Source of the DNA: a virus | Reading direction: 5' to 3' (one strand) | DNA: 64,000 nt | Virus record (IMG/VR): IMGVR_UViG_3300043444_000140 | Span: 43,036-107,035 of that record | Shown: one piece after another, positions 19,627-30,562 of the stretch | Position numbering within the stretch: the stretch's first letter is position 1 | Layout: each line of letters starts with the position of its first letter | The notes under the pieces: generated by a model | Told to the model about the DNA's origin: nothing | Seen by the model: the letters and a program-made list of their open reading frames with translations, nothing else | The model's database searches: none | Made by a program: the position numbers and the translations under genes

Positions 19627-22600
19627 ATGTTTTATGATGCAAAACTACAAGAACACCTGGAGACATCTTCTTCAGTAAAGAATAAATCGCTAATCGTTGC
19701 CGAATGGAACATGAATATTCCAGACAACATTTCTATGGTGGGCAACTATCGCTATAGAAAAGACTCAGCCACATACAGGTTTCTTCCAGTACAGTTTTTG
19801 GAAAATGATCCAGCCCACAAAGGTGCGACTCTATCAGACGTAGTTGTTGACAACGGATTTGACGTTGACGATAACCCAATTCAATTCTCTTCTGCAGACA
19901 AGAAAGAAAGTTTCTATTACTCGCTTGACGAGTGTCTTGGCAAGTTTCGTCCACGCTCTGGAATTAACAAGGTAAGGTTCTTTGGACAGGATTCGGGCGT
20001 ACACTTTCTAAATGGAACAACAGAAAATGGCTTGGGTCAGTCATTCCTTGACACGAATAGACCAAGATACTATGCTCCAGATAAGGGAGATAAGTTTAAG
20101 TACTGGACATCATTTAGATTTGAAAGTGGACTAGAGTATGGAGTAGCCAATAAGGCTATAGCAGGATCTGCGGAGTACAAGATTGACGATGCAGTGCCAT
20201 TTGTTGTATACAAAGACAGTGTTCCTGCAAACAGGGTAGTTGTCAAGATGCAAACAAATGTGGGAACCGTTACTGTTGGACCAGTATTGACAGAGCAGGG
20301 AACCATTCCAGACCCACTATATGGAATAAGCAACGCAACTGTGCCAGTTAGATGGAAGATTCAAGGTCTAGTAGGCAACAACTGGGAAGATCTAAAGTCC
20401 TTTGATTCTAACTCTATTAGAAGAAGCGGTAAACCAATCATCGGTGAAGATGGATATGTAGAACTATCGTATGGATTGATTGTGCCAGAAGAATATAGGG
20501 ATATCTTTATTCAGGCAGAGACATATTATACTGCATCAGTGCTACCAATTAAGGCTGTCAACGGGTACGCATACCTGATTAAGAATTCTCTAGACGATGT
20601 AGGGACATACCACATCTGGATTGATGATGCACAAGAGTACAAGACGTTTGTTCCAAAGTACGGTTGGGAAGTTGCAGAAGAGACTGTAGACAGATTCACA
20701 CACTACGTAGTTGACACAACCAATCCAGACAACTTTAAGGACACTACTAATCAGTTTAGAAAGACATTCAGAGAGTACCAAGAACTTCGTGGAATTAGAA
20801 TTGTGGTAGACTCTATGAAAAAGTTTGACTCTACCTTCGACCTAATTGAGATGTCTACACGCCTAGCAGTAAACATAACCGAAAAGACAAAGAGCGTATC
20901 TGTTAAGAAGATAGCGTCCGATCTAGGAATTAGCGGTCTTCCTGTTGGACAACTATTAGCATCTACGGGAACGATAGAAATATTTGATTATGATGATGCT
21001 TTTAATAGAAACAACATCTATAATATTGACACAAATACAAGCGGAAGTATTATTGCAAAGTATGCAGCAAATCAAATTCAATTTAAGATTTATGATGTCA
21101 CGGCAGAAGTCTTGGAAAACGGCATCTACTACGACTACTTTGTTCCCATTAAGACGCTGTACGGCGACGGATTCCCACAACTAAATGTAGAGTCTAGGTC
21201 TGTCAATATCAACCTAAGAGACATGTTCTCATACTTTGAGTCGTTTACCGCACCACAGATATTAGCCACAGACGCTTCCCTGAGTTATGCCGTATCCTTC
21301 TTGCTAGATAGCATTGGCTTTGGAAATTATGTATTTAAGAGAACTGCCTCAGAGTCAGAGCCAATCATTCCATTCTTTTATGTAGAGCCAGATGTAACTG
21401 TTGCAGACATCCTCAACGAACTTGCCAGATCTACCCAGACCGCAATGTTCTTTGACGAGTACAACAACTTTGTCATGATGTCAAAAAACTATATGCTCCC
21501 AAGTGCTTCCGACAGAGGGCAAGATCTCACTCTTTATGGATCAGCAGACTCTGCAAGAAATGGGGTAGAGAGAAACGCAAAAACTAAGAGCAAACTAGCG
21601 AATATTATTAGTATTGCAAGCCAAGACACGGAGGTTTACAATGATGGAAAGATTAATTTTACAACCAGATATATTCAAAAGTCATACTCTTCAATTGAGC
21701 AGGCTAACAAACTAGACCGTGACAAGAAGTGGACGTACAAGCCTTCCTTGCTATGGGAGGTATCTCCTTCAGAGGCAACCAAGGGTCAGAACGAAGAAGA
21801 TGGATCTCTATCAGTCTACTCACTTACGGCAATACCACTCAAGACCGACCTATCTGAGGCACTTCCAAAGGTAAACAACAAGGGTGAAATCATTAACAAT
21901 ATAATTGACTTTGGCGATGCAGCATTCTGGATGGGAAGATACGCAGGATACTTCTACGCCAATGGTGAAATTATTAGGTACGACGCAGTAGAGTATTCAG
22001 TTCTAGGTGGAGGTGCTTCAACTGCGTGGATTAGCAGCCTAGAAGAGTATCAGTACTACTTCTCAAAGATTCCTTTTAATGGCAAGATGTATCCGACAGG
22101 AAGAGTTAGAATCTATGCAAAGCCATTCTATAGCAAAGAGACAGGTCTGCCACTACAAGACAATGTCGAGGTCCATGGTCGTGGTCAATTTGGTACCTCT
22201 GTTGTAGCACACAAGGCAGGCATCTCTGGTTCAGAGTGGACTACAAATGTTTCTGGAGTCACAATGGACGCTGACTATATCTTCAGTGCCATCGGAAACT
22301 TCCAACTCAGAGATGGGTACGTGCCATACAAGGCAACTATTCCATTGCAGTTCTTTGGATCTGGATCAAACAACTGGACGCTATCTGGTCCAGGTACGCT
22401 GTCAAAGACATCTGGAACAGCGGTTGGGGCATCTACAGACTCTTCTGTATCAACAAACATAAGAAGCGAAAAGGAGCATAGTTACTCTTTGTCAATCGCT
22501 GGCACAAAAGTCTACGAGGTATCTCAAAAACTGAAGGACCAGTACAACGTTGACAATAAGACATTGCTTGGAGAAATGTACGTAAAAAATGTTCAGGCAG

Positions 22601-25134
22601 GAACAACTGCTGGAACGTCAAAACTGACACTGTCAGTGACACTGCCTTCGTACAGGTCTTTCTTTAAGGATACTACAACTGCAGGCAAATCACCTAGTGG
22701 ATCTTTTTCTTGGAGCATTGTCGGAGCCCCCGTGACTGGTGGAAACTATGGAACAATTAAAGCAGGCAAGAAGACAGTTAAAGATAAAAAGGGCAACAAC
22801 GTTATTCAGGACGACGCTACCAAGACCAAGATTTATCAGGGAGAAAGCACAACCGCTATGACCCCAACTTCTGGAACAGAAACAAGTGCAAACCTTGTTA
22901 TTGACTTAGTGGTGGACAACGTATCTAGAGATACTCTAAATCCTTTCTGGCTTATCGTCGGTACAAATACAGACCCTGTTAGAACTATTCAGATAAAGCC
23001 AGGAACAGTTTCTGGAGTAATTAAGCCATTGACCACAAAAGAGGTTGCCTACAACAACAGGACAATTCATGTCGAAGATACTAGCGGTATTAAGGTGGGA
23101 CAGTCTCTAAAACTAGGTAAAAAAGAAACAATCGTCAGTGGTTCAGAGAGCAAGATCGTCAATCCATTTGACGTAGACAATAGCAAGAACCTCAGAGTTG
23201 CCTCTATCATAGACGAAAATAAGTTTACCATTAAGCACAAGGGCGATGCCCAGGGAGGTATCTCTACTGCCAATCTTGGCAAAGATATGGAAACATTAAC
23301 GTTCGAAGAACTAAGGACTCTGACATCAAATCCAGAGATAAAGGCTGGTTCCCAGACTAACCTAAGCGGTAAGAAAAACAGTTCAACCCTAGCAGCAGAG
23401 TCAACAAGAACTGGTGTTATAAAGAACTTCCTTAGCACAAACTCTGGTGTTGACGATACTGGTGTTGCAAATCCAAACACCATTCCACAAGGAAGCGTAC
23501 AGTCTTCGGCACTCATTTTGTCTGGTCCATCTTTTACGAATGCAGATGACCCAGAGAGCGTTAACTTTATTTCCTATGCATACAAAGAACTTTCAAAAAC
23601 AGCAAAGTACAAGTACTTTGGAACAAGGCTTAGACTTGTTGGTAGATATGACTACGGAAACCAGCAATCTGGAGTTGGAGAAGAAGTTTGGTACACCAAC
23701 AAACAACTCTCTGCGTCTGGTCTTCCAGGCACAGGAACCACAGTAAAGGCTTCATCTGCTGGAATGGCTGTTATGCTAAATCCAAAAACTAACAACGGAT
23801 ACTATTTTGAAATTGCAGCGGTATCGGATACAGGAGTTGCAAAGCAGATTGTAAAGTATTCCGATGATGGTAAGCAAATAGAAGACCCAATCCACAACCT
23901 GCTTTTCTACAAGATGAATGCTGGTGTTGACGAAGACGGTGCCCTTCTTGACAAAGACAAGGCTACTCCCGTAAAACTATGGGGAGGATTTACAAACATT
24001 CTAGTTGACGACGGACTGCTGACTGGTCAGGCTAGAATGACATCCACATCTATTCCAAACACAGTTTATGACATTGCTGTGGAGTATGAGATTGTAAATG
24101 AAAATCACATCAAGTTCTATCTATATGTTAATAACATTCTCGTAGGCACTGTAACAGACAAAGAGCCATTCCTCGACTCAGCAAGCAAGCCAATCATCTA
24201 CAATAACATGGGGCTGTTTGTACGTGGAAAGGCTAAGGCAATGTTTGAGAACGTGTTTGCTATGGGAGCAAACCCTAGCCAAAACCGTGGCACAGATGTT
24301 GTAGCAGGTGGAGTTGTAAACGGTGTGTTTAGCGAAGACTCAATAAATCTAAATGAGTCAATGAAGAAATACGCACTAAGCGGAATTATTCCAGAAAAGT
24401 ATTTGAGCGGAATTGACTCTGCAACACCTGCTAGCAGTAATCTTTATTATGACGAATTCGGAACGATCATGCGAGAGGTAGCATACTTTAATGTAAGATA
24501 CGACAAGTCCTATCCAGCACTAGTAGCCCAGATAGCACCAACATATAACAATAATAGGGGTTTCTTCGTTTCTGGATTCATCGCTGGACCATACTCTGCA
24601 GAGTTCTTGGTGTTTAACGCAACAGACTCTGTGCTATATCTTGACGGCAGTGGGGGAAACTACCTAAGAATTAACGGTATAACATTCACTCAACAGTCAA
24701 CTCACGAACTAACAGTTGATGAATACTTTGCTCTTAGAAGCAGTTTGTCAGATCCACAAACTCCAGTAGGTTCCGACCTTGTAAAATCTCCACTAAAAGA
24801 AGCACAAGAATACAACGTGATTAGAAACAGTAGATCTGCTTATGGCAAAAAAGAATTTACGCTAGACTCAAGATATATCCAGAGTCAGGACTACGCAAAC
24901 GGATTGATGGGATGGCTAATTGGCAAGATCATGAAGCCAAGAAAATCAGTTGGAGTGACCGTATTTTCTATGCCAACCATCCAACTTGGAGACATTGTGT
25001 CGATTGATATGGTAGACTCAGATGGCAAAGACATGGTTGCACCAAGTTCGTCAAGATTTGTGGTTTACCAGATTGACTATGAGAAGTCGTCTGAGGGACC
25101 GTCAATGTCTGTTTATCTAAGTGAGGTAGTATAG
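19627..25134 (+). CDS. large tail tip/baseplate hub protein (1835 aa)
   Basis: Hub-like segments (ILNELARSTQTAMFFDEYNNFV; PTIQLGDIVSI), beta-rich; synteny. Confidence 0.7.
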   Translation: MFYDAKLQEHLETSSSVKNKSLIVAEWNMNIPDNISMVGNYRYRKDSATYRFLPVQFLENDPAHKGATLSDVVVDNGFDVDDNPIQFSSADKKESFYYSLDECLGKFRPRSGINKVRFFGQDSGVHFLNGTTENGLGQSFLDTNRPRYYAPDKGDKFKYWTSFRFESGLEYGVANKAIAGSAEYKIDDAVPFVVYKDSVPANRVVVKMQTNVGTVTVGPVLTEQGTIPDPLYGISNATVPVRWKIQGLVGNNWEDLKSFDSNSIRRSGKPIIGEDGYVELSYGLIVPEEYRDIFIQAETYYTASVLPIKAVNGYAYLIKNSLDDVGTYHIWIDDAQEYKTFVPKYGWEVAEETVDRFTHYVVDTTNPDNFKDTTNQFRKTFREYQELRGIRIVVDSMKKFDSTFDLIEMSTRLAVNITEKTKSVSVKKIASDLGISGLPVGQLLASTGTIEIFDYDDAFNRNNIYNIDTNTSGSIIAKYAANQIQFKIYDVTAEVLENGIYYDYFVPIKTLYGDGFPQLNVESRSVNINLRDMFSYFESFTAPQILATDASLSYAVSFLLDSIGFGNYVFKRTASESEPIIPFFYVEPDVTVADILNELARSTQTAMFFDEYNNFVMMSKNYMLPSASDRGQDLTLYGSADSARNGVERNAKTKSKLANIISIASQDTEVYNDGKINFTTRYIQKSYSSIEQANKLDRDKKWTYKPSLLWEVSPSEATKGQNEEDGSLSVYSLTAIPLKTDLSEALPKVNNKGEIINNIIDFGDAAFWMGRYAGYFYANGEIIRYDAVEYSVLGGGASTAWISSLEEYQYYFSKIPFNGKMYPTGRVRIYAKPFYSKETGLPLQDNVEVHGRGQFGTSVVAHKAGISGSEWTTNVSGVTMDADYIFSAIGNFQLRDGYVPYKATIPLQFFGSGSNNWTLSGPGTLSKTSGTAVGASTDSSVSTNIRSEKEHSYSLSIAGTKVYEVSQKLKDQYNVDNKTLLGEMYVKNVQAGTTAGTSKLTLSVTLPSYRSFFKDTTTAGKSPSGSFSWSIVGAPVTGGNYGTIKAGKKTVKDKKGNNVIQDDATKTKIYQGESTTAMTPTSGTETSANLVIDLVVDNVSRDTLNPFWLIVGTNTDPVRTIQIKPGTVSGVIKPLTTKEVAYNNRTIHVEDTSGIKVGQSLKLGKKETIVSGSESKIVNPFDVDNSKNLRVASIIDENKFTIKHKGDAQGGISTANLGKDMETLTFEELRTLTSNPEIKAGSQTNLSGKKNSSTLAAESTRTGVIKNFLSTNSGVDDTGVANPNTIPQGSVQSSALILSGPSFTNADDPESVNFISYAYKELSKTAKYKYFGTRLRLVGRYDYGNQQSGVGEEVWYTNKQLSASGLPGTGTTVKASSAGMAVMLNPKTNNGYYFEIAAVSDTGVAKQIVKYSDDGKQIEDPIHNLLFYKMNAGVDEDGALLDKDKATPVKLWGGFTNILVDDGLLTGQARMTSTSIPNTVYDIAVEYEIVNENHIKFYLYVNNILVGTVTDKEPFLDSASKPIIYNNMGLFVRGKAKAMFENVFAMGANPSQNRGTDVVAGGVVNGVFSEDSINLNESMKKYALSGIIPEKYLSGIDSATPASSNLYYDEFGTIMREVAYFNVRYDKSYPALVAQIAPTYNNNRGFFVSGFIAGPYSAEFLVFNATDSVLYLDGSGGNYLRINGITFTQQSTHELTVDEYFALRSSLSDPQTPVGSDLVKSPLKEAQEYNVIRNSRSAYGKKEFTLDSRYIQSQDYANGLMGWLIGKIMKPRKSVGVTVFSMPTIQLGDIVSIDMVDSDGKDMVAPSSSRFVVYQIDYEKSSEGPSMSVYLSEVV

Positions 25135-25135
25135 T

Positions 25136-25672
25136 ATGCCATATATGGGAGTCGGTTTTGGCTTAGGTAGGAATAAGGGTCCGCTCATTGACGGAGACTA
25201 CGTAATGACTAACAGTCCTATTTCTGCAACACCTGGACAGCCACAAAATGTAACCAAGGAAACTGGCAAAAAACTTCCAGTTGCCATTTCAATTCCTGGT
25301 CACATCATCACGGAAGAAGACTCTGGATCAGAAAACGAGATTATTGAGGAACTGTTTGAAGACCTATCCCTATTTGAATTGATGGACTTTGGTAGAAGCG
25401 AAACGGTACTTGGTCAAAACGTTTCCTATAAGCCAATTAAGAATATATCGGACATATACTTTACGTATAGTCCAAAAAAGATTTTGGCACTGCAAGGAAC
25501 ATTCGATTCTTCTGGAGATAATTCTACAATCAGGCTCGACGACTTTATTGTAGATGACCAGATAACCATTGATCCAAACACTGGAGACATCCTGGTAGCA
25601 TTTGAAAACGTTACTGAGGACACAATCATACAGATAGAACTAGTTTCTGGTGGAGAAATCCAAGACAGTTAA
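25136..25672 (+). CDS. hypothetical minor tail protein
   Basis: ORF in tail module. Confidence 0.55.
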   Translation: MPYMGVGFGLGRNKGPLIDGDYVMTNSPISATPGQPQNVTKETGKKLPVAISIPGHIITEEDSGSENEIIEELFEDLSLFELMDFGRSETVLGQNVSYKPIKNISDIYFTYSPKKILALQGTFDSSGDNSTIRLDDFIVDDQITIDPNTGDILVAFENVTEDTIIQIELVSGGEIQDS

Positions 25673-25693
25673 TGGTACAATAGAGGAGATATT

Positions 25694-27196
25694 ATGATTA
25701 CAAATACTGGAAAAAGCATTATGGCTAAATACCTTGTTGGACAAGCCCCAGCATATGCCTCGCACATTGCTATTGGCTGTGGAGCAAAGCCTCTAAAGGG
25801 GCTTGAGTTTGCCATTGTTAACAGAGAAAAGGATGCAACAGTTGCAACCCTCAAGTCGGTTAACCACGGTCTTTCTATTGGTCAGGCTATAGACGTGGTT
25901 GGTCTGGGCTCTGAATTTGACGGTACTTTTGTGATCACATCAGTAGAGTCAGATACTTTCTCCTATACTACTGAAACTGGATCTGTAGACCTGCTTAGTC
26001 AGGACGCATTGTCTGGATACGCATACCCAAACTATAACAACAAGGAACGCCTAGATTTTGAAATGCTTCGTGTACCAATTATCTCACGAGGATATGTAAC
26101 TGAAGATGACCCAGACGTTCTAGATGAATTTGGCAACATTAAAAAGATTTCTAAGATTGTTCTAACGGCAGAACTTCCAACGGCAGAGAGATACGAGATA
26201 AGCGAAATTGGGGTATTCTCTGGACTGTCAAATCCATTAGCAGCAAATTCAGATAGCAGATCTGTATATTCCTTTGCTGCGAATGAAGGTTGGTCTTACC
26301 ACTCTGCAACTGACAATACAGTCACAGCCATCCCAGCCATTTCTGGAAAGTTGGATCAAGATGGAAACACCAACTCGATATCCGATGCAGCAATCACAGT
26401 CCCAGGATCAAACCCTGCGGTAAAGTACAAGGTTTTTCAGGCACCTGCCAGCAACGAAATCTTTCTGAGCGACTACAGAACCAAAAGATTTGAGCAGCCA
26501 AGATTTCAAGACAACGCTATTTTTATGGCAGGCAACTCTGCAAACCTAGCAGTAGACAGTTTTGGCAAGATGTCTGTAGTTCCAACTTGGACAGATGGAA
26601 CAGAGTTTAAGTCTAACCATATTCACCTAACCAATGCAAGACTAAACTTTGACAGAAACTCAGTCACAGACGAACTAAAGTTGGCTTTCTCAGTTGTGTC
26701 AAGAGACGAAGACCCAACAAATGATGACGTTCCAACAAGCGTAAGACTTATGGTCGAGTTTACTTCAACAGACGCATACGGAGAGGGGCAGTACGCAAGA
26801 ATGGAAGTTGACCTGTACAATTCAGACGTGTTGAGCGAAGATCTTCCAAACGAAGGGTACAGATCAAATGTAGTCATTGACGATCTTTCTAAGAATAGGT
26901 ACTTTGTGGCAACCAGAAAAATTGAGCAATTGACAAAGTCTTCTGGATTTTCATGGGAACTTGTCAAGAACGTCAAGGTATATGCAAGCGTTATGGACGC
27001 AAACAATGAACCTACAGATCTATTCTATGTAGCCCTAGATGGACTAAGATTTGAAAATGTATCAACAACCAATCCAGTATACGGAATGACTGGCTATACG
27101 GTTGTAAACAATAATGATTTCAATCAGCCACGCACAATTATTAAGTCACCTAACTCTACCAACTACGTTGAGTTTAGATTTGCGGTGGATGTATAA
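25694..27196 (+). CDS. minor tail/baseplate protein
   Basis: MITNTGKSIMAKYL..HIAIGCG..EISEIGVFS resembles tail-collar/baseplate N-termini; GAGGAG RBS. Confidence 0.6.
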   Translation: MITNTGKSIMAKYLVGQAPAYASHIAIGCGAKPLKGLEFAIVNREKDATVATLKSVNHGLSIGQAIDVVGLGSEFDGTFVITSVESDTFSYTTETGSVDLLSQDALSGYAYPNYNNKERLDFEMLRVPIISRGYVTEDDPDVLDEFGNIKKISKIVLTAELPTAERYEISEIGVFSGLSNPLAANSDSRSVYSFAANEGWSYHSATDNTVTAIPAISGKLDQDGNTNSISDAAITVPGSNPAVKYKVFQAPASNEIFLSDYRTKRFEQPRFQDNAIFMAGNSANLAVDSFGKMSVVPTWTDGTEFKSNHIHLTNARLNFDRNSVTDELKLAFSVVSRDEDPTNDDVPTSVRLMVEFTSTDAYGEGQYARMEVDLYNSDVLSEDLPNEGYRSNVVIDDLSKNRYFVATRKIEQLTKSSGFSWELVKNVKVYASVMDANNEPTDLFYVALDGLRFENVSTTNPVYGMTGYTVVNNNDFNQPRTIIKSPNSTNYVEFRFAVDV

Positions 27197-27750
27197 TGGC
27201 TGGCACCAGAAAGTATGTAAGAATACCACACAAGGACCTGCCTGACCTATTCTACTTGGATGGTAGCCCAGGAAAGAATGTTTATTTTCTTAGATATCGT
27301 GTATCTAATGAGGCTGGAACATCTTTTTCAAAATGGTCGCAAGAGTTTGAGGTTGATTCTGGCATGTCTTCAAAAAAGTTTTTGATAAACGAAACCGATC
27401 CACTAGATAATGAAGCATCATATAGAGTAACGGGGCTAGTCTCCGTAGCCAGCGGTATTCTGACAGCAACCTGGAACGTAAAGGACCTTATAGACTCAAA
27501 AACCATATTCCAAAACAAATTTCATGTTTATATTAGAACCTATACAAATAATGCTCCAAATCAATGGACTTTTGCACAGGAAGTTCTAGCCACAAGTTTC
27601 CAGACAAAGTTGCCATCCGATGTGCAGAACAAAGCAGACGTTGCCATCCTAGTTCCAACATACCGAGGTCTTGATGCGGAGCCAGGGCTTGGCACTGAGT
27701 CACCACTTACGCTATACCCAGAGTCAGTGGTTTGGTACCACGAGGGATAG
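27196..27750 (+). CDS. hypothetical minor tail protein (FN3/Ig-like)
   Basis: YFLRYRVSNE..SKWS FN3-like motif. Confidence 0.5.
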   Translation: MAGTRKYVRIPHKDLPDLFYLDGSPGKNVYFLRYRVSNEAGTSFSKWSQEFEVDSGMSSKKFLINETDPLDNEASYRVTGLVSVASGILTATWNVKDLIDSKTIFQNKFHVYIRTYTNNAPNQWTFAQEVLATSFQTKLPSDVQNKADVAILVPTYRGLDAEPGLGTESPLTLYPESVVWYHEG

Positions 27751-27772
27751 TTTCGTGGTATAATGAATTACT

Positions 27773-28237
27773 ATGGCAAATAAAATTCAACTACCGACCA
27801 GAGGTCAACCAGTAGACACTTCCTTCCTTTATAAGTTAGCGGATGCAATTAACAAGGTTGGTGAGGCAGTAGACACTCGAAAGGGCAAGTCTTACATTAA
27901 GGCTAGAACAACAGATGCTGCTCAGAGTGGATCTTCTACAGCAAATACTTCAATCTTTGCATCTGTCTTTGCAGTAGTTCCAGCAGCAGCAACCGTGGAT
28001 GCTACCACAGCACCAGTAACTGTACCAATTGACTTCAAGGGAATTGCGTTTCAGGCTATGCCTGTGGTTTCTGTAACTCCAATCACAATCGGTGATGGAG
28101 CAGAGGTAAACAAGACAGCATATGTTACGATTACAGACCTAACTGCATCACAGTGTACTGCTCACGTAAAGTTTACTGGAACTGGCTCAGTCAAAAACCT
28201 ATACCTGCACGTTATCGCTGTAGGCACACCTGTATAG
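27773..28237 (+). CDS. minor tail/fibre protein
   Basis: C-terminal F...PVVSVT...LHVIAVG resembles H-type-lectin-like fibre tip domains; leaderless promoter TGGTATAAT. Confidence 0.5.
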   Translation: MANKIQLPTRGQPVDTSFLYKLADAINKVGEAVDTRKGKSYIKARTTDAAQSGSSTANTSIFASVFAVVPAAATVDATTAPVTVPIDFKGIAFQAMPVVSVTPITIGDGAEVNKTAYVTITDLTASQCTAHVKFTGTGSVKNLYLHVIAVGTPV

Positions 28238-28245
28238 GAGAAGTC

Positions 28246-28788
28246 TTGGGAACCAAGAACAACAAACTCCACCAGGTTGGATATAACGACAAGCCAATTA
28301 TTCGTGGTAGCAAGAAGGTCTGGTTTCTCAATGGAGACCTGGTCAGAGTACATCACCTGAATAAATCTAATGGCATTATGTCTGTTTATAACATTATAAA
28401 AGATCAGATTGAAAGTTGTCTTATTACTGATTTTAAAAAGAATCGTGAACGTGCCTACACAGTGGGAGAGACAGCGGACTTGGTAAACCGTCACAAGAAG
28501 TACATGCCATCACTAATGAAACGAGGAATCATTCCTCACCCAACTGGATCTCAAAAAGGTGGCGAAACTGCCTGGCAGGTAAGAAGTTACTATTCAGAGT
28601 CGCAAGTTCATGAGATTCGTGATATACTTGCTACCTACCATATTGGTAGACCAAGAAATGACAAGTTAATTACTAACGACATTACTCCTACAAGACAAGA
28701 GTTGACAAGGCGTATGGGCGATGGTATACTTACATATACAAGGACCGAAGATGGGCGTTTTATCCCAGTCTGGTCTGAATCTATTTAA
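28246..28788 (+). CDS. MerR-like helix-turn-helix DNA-binding protein
   Basis: AYTVGETADLVNRH...RGIIP...RSYYSESQV; AGGAG RBS 5 nt before TTG 28246 (preferred to 28153). Confidence 0.65.
   Translation: MGTKNNKLHQVGYNDKPIIRGSKKVWFLNGDLVRVHHLNKSNGIMSVYNIIKDQIESCLITDFKKNRERAYTVGETADLVNRHKKYMPSLMKRGIIPHPTGSQKGGETAWQVRSYYSESQVHEIRDILATYHIGRPRNDKLITNDITPTRQELTRRMGDGILTYTRTEDGRFIPVWSESI
28702..28730 (+). promoter_or_regulatory. sigma-70/SigA-type promoter for replication genes
   Basis: TTGACA-17 nt-TATACT with TG extension, inside the 3' end of the HTH gene. Confidence 0.75.
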
Positions 28789-28810
28789 TTGTTCTTGAAA
28801 GGAACAGGGT

Positions 28811-29020
28811 ATGAATAACGAAGAAACTAAGGTATCTATTGGACTTGGATACACCCTAAATCTAGGCAACTTCCAGTCGCTACGCATTGATCTGTCAGTA
28901 ACAGACAACAAGCGTGAGGGCGAGAATACTAATGACGCTTTTGAGCGTGTCTATTCTTTTGTAGAGTCTAAACTCCAGGAGAAGGTTGCAGAAGCCCAAG
29001 GCGAGATCGAAGGCAAGTAA
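28811..29020 (+). CDS. hypothetical protein
   Basis: LGYTLNLGNFQSLRID small phage protein; coupled to next gene. Confidence 0.65.
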   Translation: MNNEETKVSIGLGYTLNLGNFQSLRIDLSVTDNKREGENTNDAFERVYSFVESKLQEKVAEAQGEIEGK

Positions 29021-29328
29021 TGGCTGAACGCAAAGACCGAATGGCTTTGCTCAGTCGCTATGCCAAGTTACACACCAAGCACTACGAGGAAAAAGCCACA
29101 CTTAATTTGAATGTCGAGCAGTGGGCTGCCGATGCACTTATTGAATCTTATACTTTACCTTTCTGCTACGATCTGCTAGAATATTATTTCAGCGTTGCAC
29201 AAAAACCAGCATGGAAGTATTTTGCTAACTATGCTCACGACATAATCGACAAGCGTAACCAACTAGACCAAGACAACAAGGAGAGAGCCGAACGCCGTAG
29301 ACTGGCTAAGGAGTGGCTAAATGAGTAA
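29020..29328 (+). CDS. hypothetical protein upstream of helicase
   Basis: ORF overlapping helicase start. Confidence 0.65.
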   Translation: MAERKDRMALLSRYAKLHTKHYEEKATLNLNVEQWAADALIESYTLPFCYDLLEYYFSVAQKPAWKYFANYAHDIIDKRNQLDQDNKERAERRRLAKEWLNE

Positions 29329-30541
29329 TATAGAGGCTAAGTTAATTTCAGCGGTACTACAGGACAAGCAAGTCCACGTATTGCTACAGGCAAACGTAGA
29401 GAATATTCTCCGTACCCACAAGGACATCTGGCAGTTCATCAGAAACTATTCTGAGACTAACCAGTCAGTTCCACCAGTGTCTTTGGTTGTAGAAAAGTTT
29501 CGTGACTTCACTCCTATGGAGGGCGTTGGTGCTACCAAGTATCACCTAGAAGAGTTGCAGGGAGAGTTTCTAAACGATAGCGTTAAGGAACTTCTAAGAA
29601 CTGCTGCTGCAGACGTACAGGCTGGACACAGTGCAGATGCCCTAGAGACAATCATTGCCAAGACCTCAGAACTCAAGAAGAACACCGCAGTCATTCGTGA
29701 CATTGATGCAACAGATCTTGACTCAGCCGTAGCATACTTTGAGAACCTTGCACGACAGCAGGCACTTGGCTCTATCGGCATCAAGACTGGTCTGCCAGGA
29801 TTCGACAACTACCTACCTGCTGGTATTACTCCAGGACAGTTGGGTGTCTTCCTAGCCTACCCAGGTATCGGTAAGTCTTGGTTTGCCCTTTACATGGCGG
29901 TACAGGCATGGAAGCAAGGCAAGTCGCCACTAATCATCTCTCTCGAAATGAGTGAGACAGAAGTTCGTAACCGTGTATTTGCTATTATGGGCGAGGGTCT
30001 TTGGTCACACCGTAAGTTGTCTAACGGTCAGGTAGAGATTGATGACCTAAAGCGTTGGCACTCAAAGGAACTTGCTGGGAAGCCAGAGTTCCACATTATC
30101 TCTAACGATTCTGGCGGTGAGGTTACTCCATCGGTTATCCGTGGAAAGATTGACCAGTACAAGCCAGACCTAGTTATCGTAGACTACCTACAGTTGATGT
30201 CTCCTAACCAGAAGTCAGACAACGAAACGGTACGCATGAAGAACCTGTCTCGTGAACTCAAACTTATGGCTATTAGCGAAGAGATGCCTATCATCGCTAT
30301 CTCTTCTGCAACTCCAGACGATGTAACAAAGTTGGACACCGTTCCTACGCTAGGTCAGACCGCATGGTCACGCCAGATTGCATACGATGCTGACTGGGTT
30401 CTAGCCTTGGGTCGTGGAACAAACAGCGACATCCTTGAGTGCGTATTCCGTAAGAACCGTAACGGCTTTATGGGCGAGTTCCTGGTTCAGGTAGACTTCG
30501 ACAAGGGCTGGTACAAGTACAAAGACTTTGAGGATAAGTAA
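29321..30541 (+). CDS. dnaB: DnaB-like replicative helicase
   Basis: Walker A AYPGIGKS, SLEMS, VIVDYLQLM, IAYDADWVL, KNRNG. Confidence 0.92.
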   Translation: MSNIEAKLISAVLQDKQVHVLLQANVENILRTHKDIWQFIRNYSETNQSVPPVSLVVEKFRDFTPMEGVGATKYHLEELQGEFLNDSVKELLRTAAADVQAGHSADALETIIAKTSELKKNTAVIRDIDATDLDSAVAYFENLARQQALGSIGIKTGLPGFDNYLPAGITPGQLGVFLAYPGIGKSWFALYMAVQAWKQGKSPLIISLEMSETEVRNRVFAIMGEGLWSHRKLSNGQVEIDDLKRWHSKELAGKPEFHIISNDSGGEVTPSVIRGKIDQYKPDLVIVDYLQLMSPNQKSDNETVRMKNLSRELKLMAISEEMPIIAISSATPDDVTKLDTVPTLGQTAWSRQIAYDADWVLALGRGTNSDILECVFRKNRNGFMGEFLVQVDFDKGWYKYKDFEDK

Positions 30542-30562
30542 AAGAAATTGCTATAATAGACT

